Program-made: the position numbers and the translations under genes
Shown: in pieces, positions 13,101 to 28,100 of the stretch
How positions within the stretch are numbered: position 1 is the first letter of the stretch
How the letters are laid out: every line of letters starts with the position of its first letter
From: Flectonema sp. DT1601
Taxonomy: Eukaryota
DNA length: 64,000 nt
Reading direction: 5' to 3'
Assembly (NCBI GenBank): GCA_964019425.1
Contig: OZ025802.1
Location: forward strand, 744,001 to 808,000
The notes under the pieces: generated by a model
What the model was told of the DNA's origin: nothing
Seen by the model: only the letters and a program-made list of their open reading frames with translations
Databases searched by the model: none

Positions 13101-16100
13101 GCTGCAAGCAGAGTTACATGTGTGTCCGGTGTGAACTCCACTGCATCCAGCAGTACAAACGTATCCAGTCGCACAGTCACATGCCCATTCGTGGCTTGGC
13201 TTCTCAACACAGATACCACCGTTTCCAACAGCATCACAAGAGTGGAGTCCGCTCACACAAGGATGAGGAACCGGAGTCGGCACAAGAGTTGGGTCACTGC
13301 AGCAAGTTGCGTCGTCACAGGTCGTTGGTGTGTTTCCTGTGCATGCAATGGTGTCTGCTCCACCCTTCAAGTATCCGACAGTGCATCCTGCATATGTGCT
13401 GCAAGCAGAGTTACATGTGTGTCCGGTGTGAACTCCACTGCATCCAGCAGTACAAACGTATCCAGTCGCACAGTCACATGCCCATTCGTGGCTTGGCTTC
13501 TCAACACAGATACCACCGTTTCCAACGGCATCACAAGAGTGGAGTCCGCTCACACAAGGATGAGGAACCGGAGTCGGCACAAGAGTTGGGTCACTGCAGC
13601 AAGTTGCGTCGTCACAGGTCGTTGGTGTGTTTCCTGTGCATGCAATGGTGTCTGCTCCACCCTTCAAGTATCCGACAGTGCATCCTGCATATGTGCTGCA
13701 AGCAGAGTTACATGTGTGTCCGGTGTGAACTCCACTGCATCCAGCAGTACAAACGTATCCAGTCGCACAGTCACATGCCCATTCGTGGCTTGGCTTCTCA
13801 ACACAGATACCACCGTTTCCAACGGCATCACAAGAGTGGAGTCCGCTCACACAAGGATGAGGAACTGGAGTCGGCACAAGAGTTGGGTCACTGCAGCAAG
13901 TTGCGTCGTCACAGGTCGTTGGTGTGTTTCCTGTGCATGCAATGGTGTCTGCTCCACCCTTCAAGTATCCGACAGTGCATCCTGCATATGTGCTGCAAGC
14001 AGAGTTACATGTGTGTCCGGTGTGAACTCCACTGCATCCAGCAGTACAAACGTATCCAGTCGCACAGTCACATGCCCATTCGTGGCTTGGCTTCTCAACA
14101 CAGATACCACCGTTTCCAACGGCATCACAAGAGTGGAGTCCGCTCACACAAGGATGAGGAACCGGAGTCGGCACAAGAGTTGGGTCACTGCAGCAAGTTG
14201 CGTCGTCACAGGTCGTTGGTGTGTTTCCTGTGCATGCAATGGTGTCTGCTCCACCCTTCAAGTATCCGACAGTGCATCCTGCATATGTGCTGCAAGCAGA
14301 GTTACATGTGTGTCCGGTGTGAACTCCACTGCATCCAGCAGTACAAACGTATCCAGTCGCACAGTCACATGCCCATTCGTGGCTTGGCTTCTCAACACAG
14401 ATACCACCGTTTCCAACGGCATCACAAGAGTGGAGTCCGCTCACACAAGGATGAGGAACCGGAGTCGGCACAAGAGTTGGGTCACTGCAGCAAGTTGCGT
14501 CGTCACAGGTCGTTGGTGTGTTTCCTGTGCATGCAATGGTGTCTGCTCCACCCTTCAAGTATCCGACAGTGCATCCTGCATATGTGCTGCAAGCAGAGTT
14601 ACATGTGTGTCCGGTGTGAACTCCACTGCATCCAGCAGTACAAACGTATCCAGTCGCACAGTCACATGCCCATTCGTGGCTTGGCTTCTCAACACAGATA
14701 CCACCGTTTCCAACGGCATCACAAGAGTGGAGTCCGCTCACACAAGGATGAGGAACTGGAGTCGGCACAAGAGTTGGGTCACTGCAGCAAGTTGCGTCGT
14801 CACAGGTCGTTGGTGTGTTTCCTGTGCATGCAATGGTGTCTGCTCCACCCTTCAAGTATCCGACAGTGCATCCTGCATATGTGCTGCAAGCAGAGTTACA
14901 TGTGTGTCCGGTGTGAACTCCACTGCATCCAGCAGTACAAACGTATCCAGTCGCACAGTCACATGCCCATTCGTGGCTTGGCTTCTCAACACAGATACCA
15001 CCGTTTCCAACGGCATCACAAGAGTGGAGTCCGCTCACACAAGGATGAGGAACCGGAGTCGGCACAAGAGTTGGGTCACTGCAGCAAGTTGCGTCGTCAC
15101 AGGTCGTTGGTGTGTTTCCTGTGCATGCAATGGTGTCTGCTCCACCCTTCAAGTATCCGACAGTGCATCCTGCATATGTGCTGCAAGCAGAGTTACATGT
15201 GTGTCCGGTGTGAACTCCACTGCATCCAGCAGTACAAACGTATCCAGTCGCACAGTCACATGCCCATTCGTGGCTTGGCTTCTCAACACAGATACCACCG
15301 TTTCCAACGGCATCACAAGAGTGGAGTCCGCTCACACAAGGATGAGGAACCGGAGTCGGCACAAGAGTTGGGTCACTGCAGCAAGTTGCGTCGTCACAGG
15401 TCGTTGGTGTGTTTCCTGTGCATGCAATGGTGTCTGCTCCACCCTTCAAGTATCCGACAGTGCATCCTGCATATGTGCTGCAAGCAGAGTTACATGTGTG
15501 TCCGGTGTGAACTCCACTGCATCCAGCAGTACAAACGTATCCAGTCGCACAGTCACATGCCCATTCGTGGCTTGGCTTCTCAACACAGATACCACCGTTT
15601 CCAACGGCATCACAAGAGTGGAGTCCGCTCACACAAGGATGAGGAACCGGAGTCGGCACAAGAGTTGGGTCACTGCAGCAAGTTGCGTCGTCACAGGTCG
15701 TTGGTGTGTTTCCTGTGCATGCAATGGTGTCTGCTCCACCCTTCAAGTATCCGACAGTGCATCCTGCATATGTGCTGCAAGCAGAGTTACATGTGTGTCC
15801 GGTGTGAACTCCACTGCATCCAGCAGTACAAACGTATCCAGTCGCACAGTCACATGCCCATTCGTGGCTTGGCTTCTCAACACAGATACCACCGTTTCCA
15901 ACGGCATCACAAGAGTGGAGTCCGCTCACACAAGGATGAGGAACTGGAGTCGGCACAAGAGTTGGGTCACTGCAGCAAGTTGCGTCGTCACAGGTCGTTG
16001 GTGTGTTTCCTGTGCATGCAATGGTGTCTGCTCCACCCTTCAAGTATCCGACAGTGCATCCTGCATATGTGCTGCAAGCAGAGTTACATGTGTGTCCGGT

Positions 16101-19100
16101 GTGAACTCCACTGCATCCAGCAGTACAAACGTATCCAGTCGCACAGTCACATGCCCATTCGTGGCTTGGCTTCTCAACACAGATACCACCGTTTCCAACG
16201 GCATCACAAGAGTGGAGTCCGCTCACACAAGGATGAGGAACCGGAGTCGGCACAAGAGTTGGGTCACTGCAGCAAGTTGCGTCGTCACAGGTCGTTGGTG
16301 TGTTTCCTGTGCATGCAATGGTGTCTGCTCCACCCTTCAAGTATCCGACAGTGCATCCTGCATATGTGCTGCAAGCAGAGTTACATGTGTGTCCGGTGTG
16401 AACTCCACTGCATCCAGCAGTACAAACGTATCCAGTCGCACAGTCACATGCCCATTCGTGGCTTGGCTTCTCAACACAGATACCACCGTTTCCAACGGCA
16501 TCACAAGAGTGGAGTCCGCTCACACAAGGATGAGGAACCGGAGTCGGCACAAGAGTTGGGTCACTGCAGCAAGTTGCGTCGTCACAGGTCGTTGGTGTGT
16601 TTCCTGTGCATGCAATGGTGTCTGCTCCACCCTTCAAGTATCCGACAGTGCATCCTGCATATGTGCTGCAAGCAGAGTTACATGTGTGTCCGGTGTGAAC
16701 TCCACTGCATCCAGCAGTACAAACGTATCCAGTCGCACAGTCACATGCCCATTCGTGGCTTGGCTTCTCAACACAGATACCACCGTTTCCAACGGCATCA
16801 CAAGAGTGGAGTCCGCTCACACAAGGATGAGGAACCGGAGTCGGCACAAGAGTTGGGTCACTGCAGCAAGTTGCGTCGTCACAGGTCGTTGGTGTGTTTC
16901 CTGTGCATGCAATGGTGTCTGCTCCACCCTTCAAGTATCCGACAGTGCATCCTGCATATGTGCTGCAAGCAGAGTTACATGTGTGTCCGGTGTGAACTCC
17001 ACTGCATCCAGCAGTACAAACGTATCCAGTCGCACAGTCACATGCCCATTCGTGGCTTGGCTTCTCAACACAGATACCACCGTTTCCAACGGCATCACAA
17101 GAGTGGAGTCCGCTCACACAAGGATGAGGAACCGGAGTCGGCACAAGAGTTGGGTCACTGCAGCAAGTTGCGTCGTCACAGGTCGTTGGTGTGTTTCCTG
17201 TGCATGCAATGGTGTCTGCTCCACCCTTCAAGTATCCGACAGTGCATCCTGCATATGTGCTGCAAGCAGAGTTACATGTGTGTCCGGTGTGAACTCCACT
17301 GCATCCAGCAGTACAAACGTATCCAGTCGCACAGTCACATGCCCATTCGTGGCTTGGCTTCTCAACACAGATACCACCGTTTCCAACGGCATCACAAGAG
17401 TGGAGTCCGCTCACACAAGGATGAGGAACCGGAGTCGGCACAAGAGTTGGGTCACTGCAGCAAGTTGCGTCGTCACAGGTCGTTGGTGTGTTTCCTGTGC
17501 ATGCAATGGTGTCTGCTCCACCCTTCAAGTATCCGACAGTGCATCCTGCATATGTGCTGCAAGCAGAGTTACATGTGTGTCCGGTGTGAACTCCACTGCA
17601 TCCAGCAGTACAAACGTATCCAGTCGCACAGTCACATGCCCATTCGTGGCTTGGCTTCTCAACACAGATACCACCGTTTCCAACGGCATCACAAGAGTGG
17701 AGTCCGCTCACACAAGGATGAGGAACCGGAGTCGGCACAAGAGTTGGGTCACTGCAGCAAGTTGCGTCGTCACAGGTCGTTGGTGTGTTTCCTGTGCATG
17801 CAATGGTGTCTGCTCCACCCTTCAAGTATCCGACAGTGCATCCTGCATATGTGCTGCAAGCAGAGTTACATGTGTGTCCGGTGTGAACTCCACTGCATCC
17901 AGCAGTACAAACGTATCCAGTCGCACAGTCACATGCCCATTCGTGGCTTGGCTTCTCAACACAGATACCACCGTTTCCAACGGCATCACAAGAGTGGAGT
18001 CCGCTCACACAAGGATGAGGAACCGGAGTCGGCACAAGAGTTGGGTCACTGCAGCAAGTTGCGTCGTCACAGGTCGTTGGTGTGTTTCCTGTGCATGCAA
18101 TGGTGTCTGCTCCACCCTTCAAGTATCCGACAGTGCATCCTGCATATGTGCTGCAAGCAGAGTTACATGTGTGTCCGGTGTGAACTCCACTGCATCCAGC
18201 AGTACAAACGTATCCAGTCGCACAGTCACATGCCCATTCGTGGCTTGGCTTCTCAACACAGATACCACCGTTTCCAACGGCATCACAAGAGTGGAGTCCG
18301 CTCACACAAGGATGAGGAACCGGAGTCGGCACAAGAGTTGGGTCACTGCAGCAAGTTGCGTCGTCACAGGTCGTTGGTGTGTTTCCTGTGCATGCAATGG
18401 TGTCTGCTCCACCCTTCAAGTATCCGACAGTGCATCCTGCATATGTGCTGCAAGCAGAGTTACATGTGTGTCCGGTGTGAACTCCACTGCATCCAGCAGT
18501 ACAAACGTATCCAGTCGCACAGTCACATGCCCATTCGTGGCTTGGCTTCTCAACACAGATACCACCGTTTCCAACGGCATCACAAGAGTGGAGTCCGCTC
18601 ACACAAGGATGAGGAACCGGAGTCGGCACAAGAGTTGGGTCACTGCAGCAAGTTGCGTCGTCACAGGTCGTTGGTGTGTTTCCTGTGCATGCAATGGTGT
18701 CTGCTCCACCCTTCAAGTATCCGACAGTGCATCCTGCATATGTGCTGCAAGCAGAGTTACATGTGTGTCCGGTGTGAACTCCACTGCATCCAGCAGTACA
18801 AACGTATCCAGTCGCACAGTCACATGCCCATTCGTGGCTTGGCTTCTCAACACAGATACCACCGTTTCCAACGGCATCACAAGAGTGGAGTCCGCTCACA
18901 CAAGGATGAGGAACCGGAGTCGGCACAAGAGTTGGGTCACTGCAGCAAGTTGCGTCGTCACAGGTCGTTGGTGTGTTTCCTGTGCATGCAATGGTGTCTG
19001 CTCCACCCTTCAAGTATCCGACAGTGCATCCTGCATATGTGCTGCAAGCAGAGTTACATGTGTGTCCGGTGTGAACTCCACTGCATCCAGCAGTACAAAC

Positions 19101-22100
19101 GTATCCAGTCGCACAGTCACATGCCCATTCGTGGCTTGGCTTCTCAACACAGATACCACCGTTTCCAACGGCATCACAAGAGTGGAGTCCGCTCACACAA
19201 GGATGAGGAACCGGAGTCGGCACAAGAGTTGGGTCACTGCAGCAAGTTGCGTCGTCACAGGTCGTTGGTGTGTTTCCTGTGCATGCAATGGTGTCTGCTC
19301 CACCCTTCAAGTATCCGACAGTGCATCCTGCATATGTGCTGCAAGCAGAGTTACATGTGTGTCCGGTGTGAACTCCACTGCATCCAGCAGTACAAACGTA
19401 TCCAGTCGCACAGTCACATGCCCATTCGTGGCTTGGCTTCTCAACACAGATACCACCGTTTCCAACGGCATCACAAGAGTGGAGTCCGCTCACACAAGGA
19501 TGAGGAACCGGAGTCGGCACAAGAGTTGGGTCACTGCAGCAAGTTGCGTCGTCACAGGTCGTTGGTGTGTTTCCTGTGCATGCAATGGTGTCTGCTCCAC
19601 CCTTCAAGTATCCGACAGTGCATCCTGCATATGTGCTGCAAGCAGAGTTACATGTGTGTCCGGTGTGAACTCCACTGCATCCAGCAGTACAAACGTATCC
19701 AGTCGCACAGTCACATGCCCATTCGTGGCTTAGCTTCTCAACACAGATACCACCGTTTCCAACGGCATCACAAGAGTGGAGTCCGCTCACACAAGGATGA
19801 GGAACCGGAGTCGGCACAAGAGTTGGGTCACTGCAGCAAGTTGCGTCGTCACAGGTCGTTGGTGTGTTTCCTGTGCATGCAATGGTGTCTGCTCCACCCT
19901 TCAAGTATCCGACAGTGCATCCTGCATATGTGCTGCAAGCAGAGTTACATGTGTGTCCGGTGTGAACTCCACTGCATCCAGCAGTACAAACGTATCCAGT
20001 CGCACAGTCACATGCCCATTCGTGGCTTGGCTTCTCAACACAGATACCACCGTTTCCAACGGCATCACAAGAGTGGAGTCCGCTCACACAAGGATGAGGA
20101 ACCGGAGTCGGCACAAGAGTTGGGTCACTGCAGCAAGTTGCGTCGTCACAGGTCGTTGGTGTGTTTCCTGTGCATGCAATGGTGTCTGCTCCACCCTTCA
20201 AGTATCCGACAGTGCATCCTGCATATGTGCTGCAAGCAGAGTTACATGTGTGTCCGGTGTGAACTCCACTGCATCCAGCAGTACAAACGTATCCAGTCGC
20301 ACAGTCACATGCCCATTCGTGGCTTAGCTTCTCAACACAGATACCACCGTTTCCAACGGCATCACAAGAGTGGAGTCCGCTCACACAAGGATGAGGAACC
20401 GGAGTCGGCACAAGAGTTGGGTCACTGCAGCAAGTTGCGTCGTCACAGGTCGTTGGTGTGTTTCCTGTGCATGCAATGGTGTCTGCTCCACCCTTCAAGT
20501 ATCCGACAGTGCATCCTGCATATGTGCTGCAAGCAGAGTTACATGTGTGTCCGGTGTGAACTCCACTGCATCCAGCAGTACAAACGTATCCAGTCGCACA
20601 GTCACATGCCCATTCGTGGCTTGGCTTCTCAACACAGATACCACCGTTTCCAACGGCATCACAAGAGTGGAGTCCGCTCACACAAGGATGAGGAACCGGA
20701 GTCGGCACAAGAGTTGGGTCACTGCAGCAAGTTGCGTCGTCACAGGTCGTTGGTGTGTTTCCTGTGCATGCAATGGTGTCTGCTCCACCCTTCAAGTATC
20801 CGACAGTGCATCCTGCATATGTGCTGCAAGCAGAGTTACATGTGTGTCCGGTGTGAACTCCACTGCATCCAGCAGTACAAACGTATCCAGTCGCACAGTC
20901 ACATGCCCATTCGTGGCTTGGCTTCTCAACACAGATACCACCGTTTCCAACGGCATCACAAGAGTGGAGTCCGCTCACACAAGGATGAGGAACCGGAGTC
21001 GGCACAAGAGTTGGGTCACTGCAGCAAGTTGCGTCGTCACAGGTCGTTGGTGTGTTTCCTGTGCATGCAATGGTGTCTGCTCCACCCTTCAAGTATCCGA
21101 CAGTGCATCCTGCATATGTGCTGCAAGCAGAGTTACATGTGTGTCCGGTGTGAACTCCACTGCATCCAGCAGTACAAACGTATCCAGTCGCACAGTCACA
21201 TGCCCATTCGTGGCTTGGCTTCTCAACACAGATACCACCGTTTCCAACGGCATCACAAGAGTGGAGTCCGCTCACACAAGGATGAGGAACCGGAGTCGGC
21301 ACAAGAGTTGGGTCACTGCAGCAAGTTGCGTCGTCACAGGTCGTTGGTGTGTTTCCTGTGCATGCAATGGTGTCTGCTCCACCCTTCAAGTATCCGACAG
21401 TGCATCCTGCATATGTGCTGCAAGCAGAGTTACATGTGTGTCCGGTGTGAACTCCACTGCATCCAGCAGTACAAACGTATCCAGTCGCACAGTCACATGC
21501 CCATTCGTGGCTTGGCTTCTCAACACAGATACCACCGTTTCCAACGGCATCACAAGAGTGGAGTCCGCTCACACAAGGATGAGGAACCGGAGTCGGCACA
21601 AGAGTTGGGTCACTGCAGCAAGTTGCGTCGTCACAGGTCGTTGGTGTGTTTCCTGTGCATGCAATGGTGTCTGCTCCACCCTTCAAGTATCCGACAGTGC
21701 ATCCTGCATATGTGCTGCAAGCAGAGTTACATGTGTGTCCGGTGTGAACTCCACTGCATCCAGCAGTACAAACGTATCCAGTCGCACAGTCACATGCCCA
21801 TTCGTGGCTTGGCTTCTCAACACAGATACCACCGTTTCCAACGGCATCACAAGAGTGGAGTCCGCTCACACAAGGATGAGGAACCGGAGTCGGCACAAGA
21901 GTTGGGTCACTGCAGCAAGTTGCGTCGTCACAGGTCGTTGGTGTGTTTCCTGTGCATGCAATGGTGTCTGCTCCACCCTTCAAGTATCCGACAGTGCATC
22001 CTGCATATGTGCTGCAAGCAGAGTTACATGTGTGTCCGGTGTGAACTCCACTGCATCCAGCAGTACAAACGTATCCAGTCGCACAGTCACATGCCCATTC

Positions 22101-25100
22101 GTGGCTTGGCTTCTCAACACAGATACCACCGTTTCCAACGGCATCACAAGAGTGGAGTCCGCTCACACAAGGATGAGGAACCGGAGTCGGCACAAGAGTT
22201 GGGTCACTGCAGCAAGTTGCGTCGTCACAGGACGTTGGTGTGTTTCCTGTGCATGCAATGGTGTCTGCTCCACCCTTCAAGTATCCGACAGTGCATCCTG
22301 CATATGTGCTGCAAGCAGAGTTACATGTATGTCCGGTGTGAACTCCACTGCATCCAGCAGTACAAACGTATCCAGTCGCACAGTCACATGCCCATTCGTG
22401 GCTTGGCTTCTCAACACAGATACCACCGTTTCCAACGGCATCACAAGAGTGGAGTCCGCTCACACAAGGATGAGGAACCGGAGTCGGCACAAGAGTTGGG
22501 TCACTGCAGCAAGTTGCGTCGTCACAGGTCGTTGGTGTGTTTCCTGTGCATGCAATGGTGTCTGCTCCACCCTTCAAGTATCCGACAGTGCATCCTGCAT
22601 ATGTGCTGCAAGCAGAGTTACATGTGTGTCCGGTGTGAACTCCACTGCATCCAGCAGTACAAACGTATCCAGTCGCACAGTCACATGCCCATTCGTGGCT
22701 TGGCTTCTCAACACAGATACCACCGTTTCCAACGGCATCACAAGAGTGGAGTCCGCTCACACAAGGATGAGGAACCGGAGTCGGCACAAGAGTTGGGTCA
22801 CTGCAGCAAGTTGCGTCGTCACAGGTCGTTGGTGTGTTTCCTGTGCATGCAATGGTGTCTGCTCCACCCTTCAAGTATCCGACAGTGCATCCTGCATATG
22901 TGCTGCAAGCAGAGTTACATGTGTGTCCGGTGTGAACTCCACTGCATCCAGCAGTACAAACGTATCCAGTCGCACAGTCACATGCCCATTCGTGGCTTGG
23001 CTTCTCAACACAGATACCACCGTTTCCAACGGCATCACAAGAGTGGAGTCCGCTCACACAAGGATGAGGAACTGGAGTCGGCACAAGAGTTGGGTCACTG
23101 CAGCAAGTTGCGTCGTCACAGGTCGTTGGTGTGTTTCCTGTGCATGCAATGGTGTCTGCTCCACCCTTCAAGTATCCGACAGTGCATCCTGCATATGTGC
23201 TGCAAGCAGAGTTACATGTATGTCCGGTGTGAACTCCACTGCATCCAGCAGTACAAACGTATCCAGTCGCACAGTCACATGCCCATTCGTGGCTTGGCTT
23301 CTCAACACAGATACCACCGTTTCCAACGGCATCACAAGAGTGGAGTCCGCTCACACAAGGATGAGGAACCGGAGTCGGCACAAGAGTTGGGTCACTGCAG
23401 CAAGTTGCGTCGTCACAGGTCGTTGGTGTGTTTCCTGTGCATGCAATGGTGTCTGCTCCACCCTTCAAGTATCCGACAGTGCATCCTGCATATGTGCTGC
23501 AAGCAGAGTTACATGTGTGTCCGGTGTGAACTCCACTGCATCCAGCAGTACAAACGTATCCAGTCGCACAGTCACATGCCCATTCGTGGCTTGGCTTCTC
23601 AACACAGATACCACCGTTTCCAACGGCATCACAAGAGTGGAGTCCGCTCACACAAGGATGAGGAACCGGAGTCGGCACAAGAGTTGGGTCACTGCAGCAA
23701 GTTGCGTCGTCACAGGTCGTTGGTGTGTTTCCTGTGCATGCAATGGTGTCTGCTCCACCCTTCAAGTATCCGACAGTGCATCCTGCATATGTGCTGCAAG
23801 CAGAGTTACATGTGTGTCCGGTGTGAACTCCACTGCATCCAGCAGTACAAACGTATCCAGTCGCACAGTCACATGCCCATTCGTGGCTTGGCTTCTCAAC
23901 ACAGATACCACCGTTTCCAACGGCATCACAAGAGTGGAGTCCGCTCACACAAGGATGAGGAACTGGAGTCGGCACAAGAGTTGGGTCACTGCAGCAAGTT
24001 GCGTCGTCACAGGTCGTTGGTGTGTTTCCTGTGCATGCAATGGTGTCTGCTCCACCCTTCAAGTATCCGACAGTGCATCCTGCATATGTGCTGCAAGCAG
24101 AGTTACATGTATGTCCGGTGTGAACTCCACTGCATCCAGCAGTACAAACGTATCCAGTCGCACAGTCACATGCCCATTCGTGGCTTGGCTTCTCAACACA
24201 GATACCACCGTTTCCAACGGCATCACAAGAGTGGAGTCCGCTCACACAAGGATGAGGAACCGGAGTCGGCACAAGAGTTGGGTCACTGCAGCAAGTTGCG
24301 TCGTCACAGGTCGTTGGTGTGTTTCCTGTGCATGCAATGGTGTCTGCTCCACCCTTCAAGTATCCGACAGTGCATCCTGCATATGTGCTGCAAGCAGAGT
24401 TACATGTGTGTCCGGTGTGAACTCCACTGCATCCAGCAGTACAAACGTATCCAGTCGCACAGTCACATGCCCATTCGTGGCTTGGCTTCTCAACACAGAT
24501 ACCACCGTTTCCAACGGCATCACAAGAGTGGAGTCCGCTCACACAAGGATGAGGAACCGGAGTCGGCACAAGAGTTGGGTCACTGCAGCAAGTTGCGTCG
24601 TCACAGGTCGTTGGTGTGTTTCCTGTGCATGCAATGGTGTCTGCTCCACCCTTCAAGTATCCGACAGTGCATCCTGCATATGTGCTGCAAGCAGAGTTAC
24701 ATGTGTGTCCGGTGTGAACTCCACTGCATCCAGCAGTACAAACGTATCCAGTCGCACAGTCACATGCCCATTCGTGGCTTGGCTTCTCAACACAGATACC
24801 ACCGTTTCCAACGGCATCACAAGAGTGGAGTCCGCTCACACAAGGATGAGGAACCGGAGTCGGCACAAGAGTTGGGTCACTGCAGCAAGTTGCGTCGTCA
24901 CAGGTCGTTGGTGTGTTTCCTGTGCATGCAATGGTGTCTGCTCCACCCTTCAAGTATCCGACAGTGCATCCTGCATATGTGCTGCAAGCAGAGTTACATG
25001 TGTGTCCGGTGTGAACTCCACTGCATCCAGCAGTACAAACGTATCCAGTCGCACAGTCACATGCCCATTCGTGGCTTGGCTTCTCAACACAGATACCACC

Positions 25101-28100
25101 GTTTCCAACGGCATCACAAGAGTGGAGTCCGCTCACACAAGGATGAGGAACCGGAGTCGGCACAAGAGTTGGGTCACTGCAGCAAGTTGCGTCGTCACAG
25201 GTCGTTGGTGTGTTTCCTGTGCATGCAATGGTGTCTGCTCCACCCTTCAAGTATCCGACAGTGCATCCTGCATATGTGCTGCAAGCAGAGTTACATGTGT
25301 GTCCGGTGTGAACTCCACTGCATCCAGCAGTACAAACGTATCCAGTCGCACAGTCACATGCCCATTCGTGGCTTGGCTTCTCAACACAGATACCACCGTT
25401 TCCAACGGCATCACAAGAGTGGAGTCCGCTCACACAAGGATGAGGAACCGGAGTCGGCACAAGAGTTGGGTCACTGCAGCAAGTTGCGTCGTCACAGGTC
25501 GTTGGTGTGTTTCCTGTGCATGCAATGGTGTCTGCTCCACCCTTCAAGTATCCGACAGTGCATCCTGCATATGTGCTGCAAGCAGAGTTACATGTGTGTC
25601 CGGTGTGAACTCCACTGCATCCAGCAGTACAAACGTATCCAGTCGCACAGTCACATGCCCATTCGTGGCTTGGCTTCTCAACACAGATACCACCGTTTCC
25701 AACGGCATCACAAGAGTGGAGTCCGCTCACACAAGGATGAGGAACCGGAGTCGGCACAAGAGTTGGGTCACTGCAGCAAGTTGCGTCGTCACAGGTCGTT
25801 GGTGTGTTTCCTGTGCATGCAATGGTGTCTGCTCCACCCTTCAAGTATCCGACAGTGCATCCTGCATATGTGCTGCAAGCAGAGTTACATGTGTGTCCGG
25901 TGTGAACTCCACTGCATCCAGCAGTACAAACGTATCCAGTCGCACAGTCACATGCCCATTCGTGGCTTGGCTTCTCAACACAGATACCACCGTTTCCAAC
26001 GGCATCACAAGAGTGGAGTCCGCTCACACAAGGATGAGGAACCGGAGTCGGCACAAGAGTTGGGTCACTGCAGCAAGTTGCGTCGTCACAGGTCGTTGGT
26101 GTGTTTCCTGTGCATGCAATGGTGTCTGCTCCACCCTTCAAGTATCCGACAGTGCATCCTGCATATGTGCTGCAAGCAGAGTTACATGTGTGTCCGGTGT
26201 GAACTCCACTGCATCCAGCAGTACAAACGTATCCAGTCGCACAGTCACATGCCCATTCGTGGCTTGGCTTCTCAACACAGATACCACCGTTTCCAACGGC
26301 ATCACAAGAGTGGAGTCCGCTCACACAAGGATGAGGAACCGGAGTCGGCACAAGAGTTGGGTCACTGCAGCAAGTTGCGTCGTCACAGGTCGTTGGTGTG
26401 TTTCCTGTGCATGCAATGGTGTCTGCTCCACCCTTCAAGTATCCGACAGTGCATCCTGCATATGTGCTGCAAGCAGAGTTACATGTGTGTCCGGTGTGAA
26501 CTCCACTGCATCCAGCAGTACAAACGTATCCAGTCGCACAGTCACATGCCCATTCGTGGCTTGGCTTCTCAACACAGATACCACCGTTTCCAACGGCATC
26601 ACAAGAGTGGAGTCCGCTCACACAAGGATGAGGAACCGGAGTCGGCACAAGAGTTGGGTCACTGCAGCAAGTTGCGTCGTCACAGGACGTTGGTGTGTTT
26701 CCTGTGCATGCAATGGTGTCTGCTCCACCCTTCAAGTATCCGACAGTGCATCCTGCATATGTGCTGCAAGCAGAGTTACATGTATGTCCGGTGTGAACTC
26801 CACTGCATCCAGCAGTACAAACGTATCCAGTCGCACAGTCACATGCCCATTCGTGGCTTGGCTTCTCAACACAGATACCACCGTTTCCAACGGCATCACA
26901 AGAGTGGAGTCCGCTCACACAAGGATGAGGAACCGGAGTCGGCACAAGAGTTGGGTCACTGCAGCAAGTTGCGTCGTCACAGGTCGTTGGTGTGTTTCCT
27001 GTGCATGCAATGGTGTCTGCTCCACCCTTCAAGTATCCGACAGTGCATCCTGCATATGTGCTGCAAGCAGAGTTACATGTGTGTCCGGTGTGAACTCCAC
27101 TGCATCCAGCAGTACAAACGTATCCAGTCGCACAGTCACATGCCCATTCGTGGCTTGGCTTCTCAACACAGATACCACCGTTTCCAACGGCATCACAAGA
27201 GTGGAGTCCGCTCACACAAGGATGAGGAACCGGAGTCGGCACAAGAGTTGGGTCACTGCAGCAAGTTGCGTCGTCACAGGTCGTTGGTGTGTTTCCTGTG
27301 CATGCAATGGTGTCTGCTCCACCCTTCAAGTATCCGACAGTGCATCCTGCATATGTGCTGCAAGCAGAGTTACATGTGTGTCCGGTGTGAACTCCACTGC
27401 ATCCAGCAGTACAAACGTATCCAGTCGCACAGTCACATGCCCATTCGTGGCTTGGCTTCTCAACACAGATACCACCGTTTCCAACGGCATCACAAGAGTG
27501 GAGTCCGCTCACACAAGGATGAGGAACCGGAGTCGGCACAAGAGTTGGGTCACTGCAGCAAGTTGCGTCGTCACAGGACGTTGGTGTGTTTCCTGTGCAT
27601 GCAATGGTGTCTGCTCCACCCTTCAAGTATCCGACAGTGCATCCTGCATATGTGCTGCAAGCAGAGTTACATGTATGTCCGGTGTGAACTCCACTGCATC
27701 CAGCAGTACAAACGTATCCAGTCGCACAGTCACATGCCCATTCGTGGCTTGGCTTCTCAACACAGATACCACCGTTTCCAACGGCATCACAAGAGTGGAG
27801 TCCGCTCACACAAGGATGAGGAACTGGAGTCGGCACAAGAGTTGGGTCACTGCAGCAAGTTGCGTCGTCACAGGTCGTTGGTGTGTTTCCTGTGCATGCA
27901 ATGGTGTCTGCTCCACCCTTCAAGTATCCGACAGTGCATCCTGCATATGTGCTGCAAGCAGAGTTACATGTGTGTCCGGTGTGAACTCCACTGCATCCAG
28001 CAGTACAAACGTATCCAGTCGCACAGTCACATGCCCATTCGTGGCTTGGCTTCTCAACACAGATACCACCGTTTCCAACGGCATCACAAGAGTGGAGTCC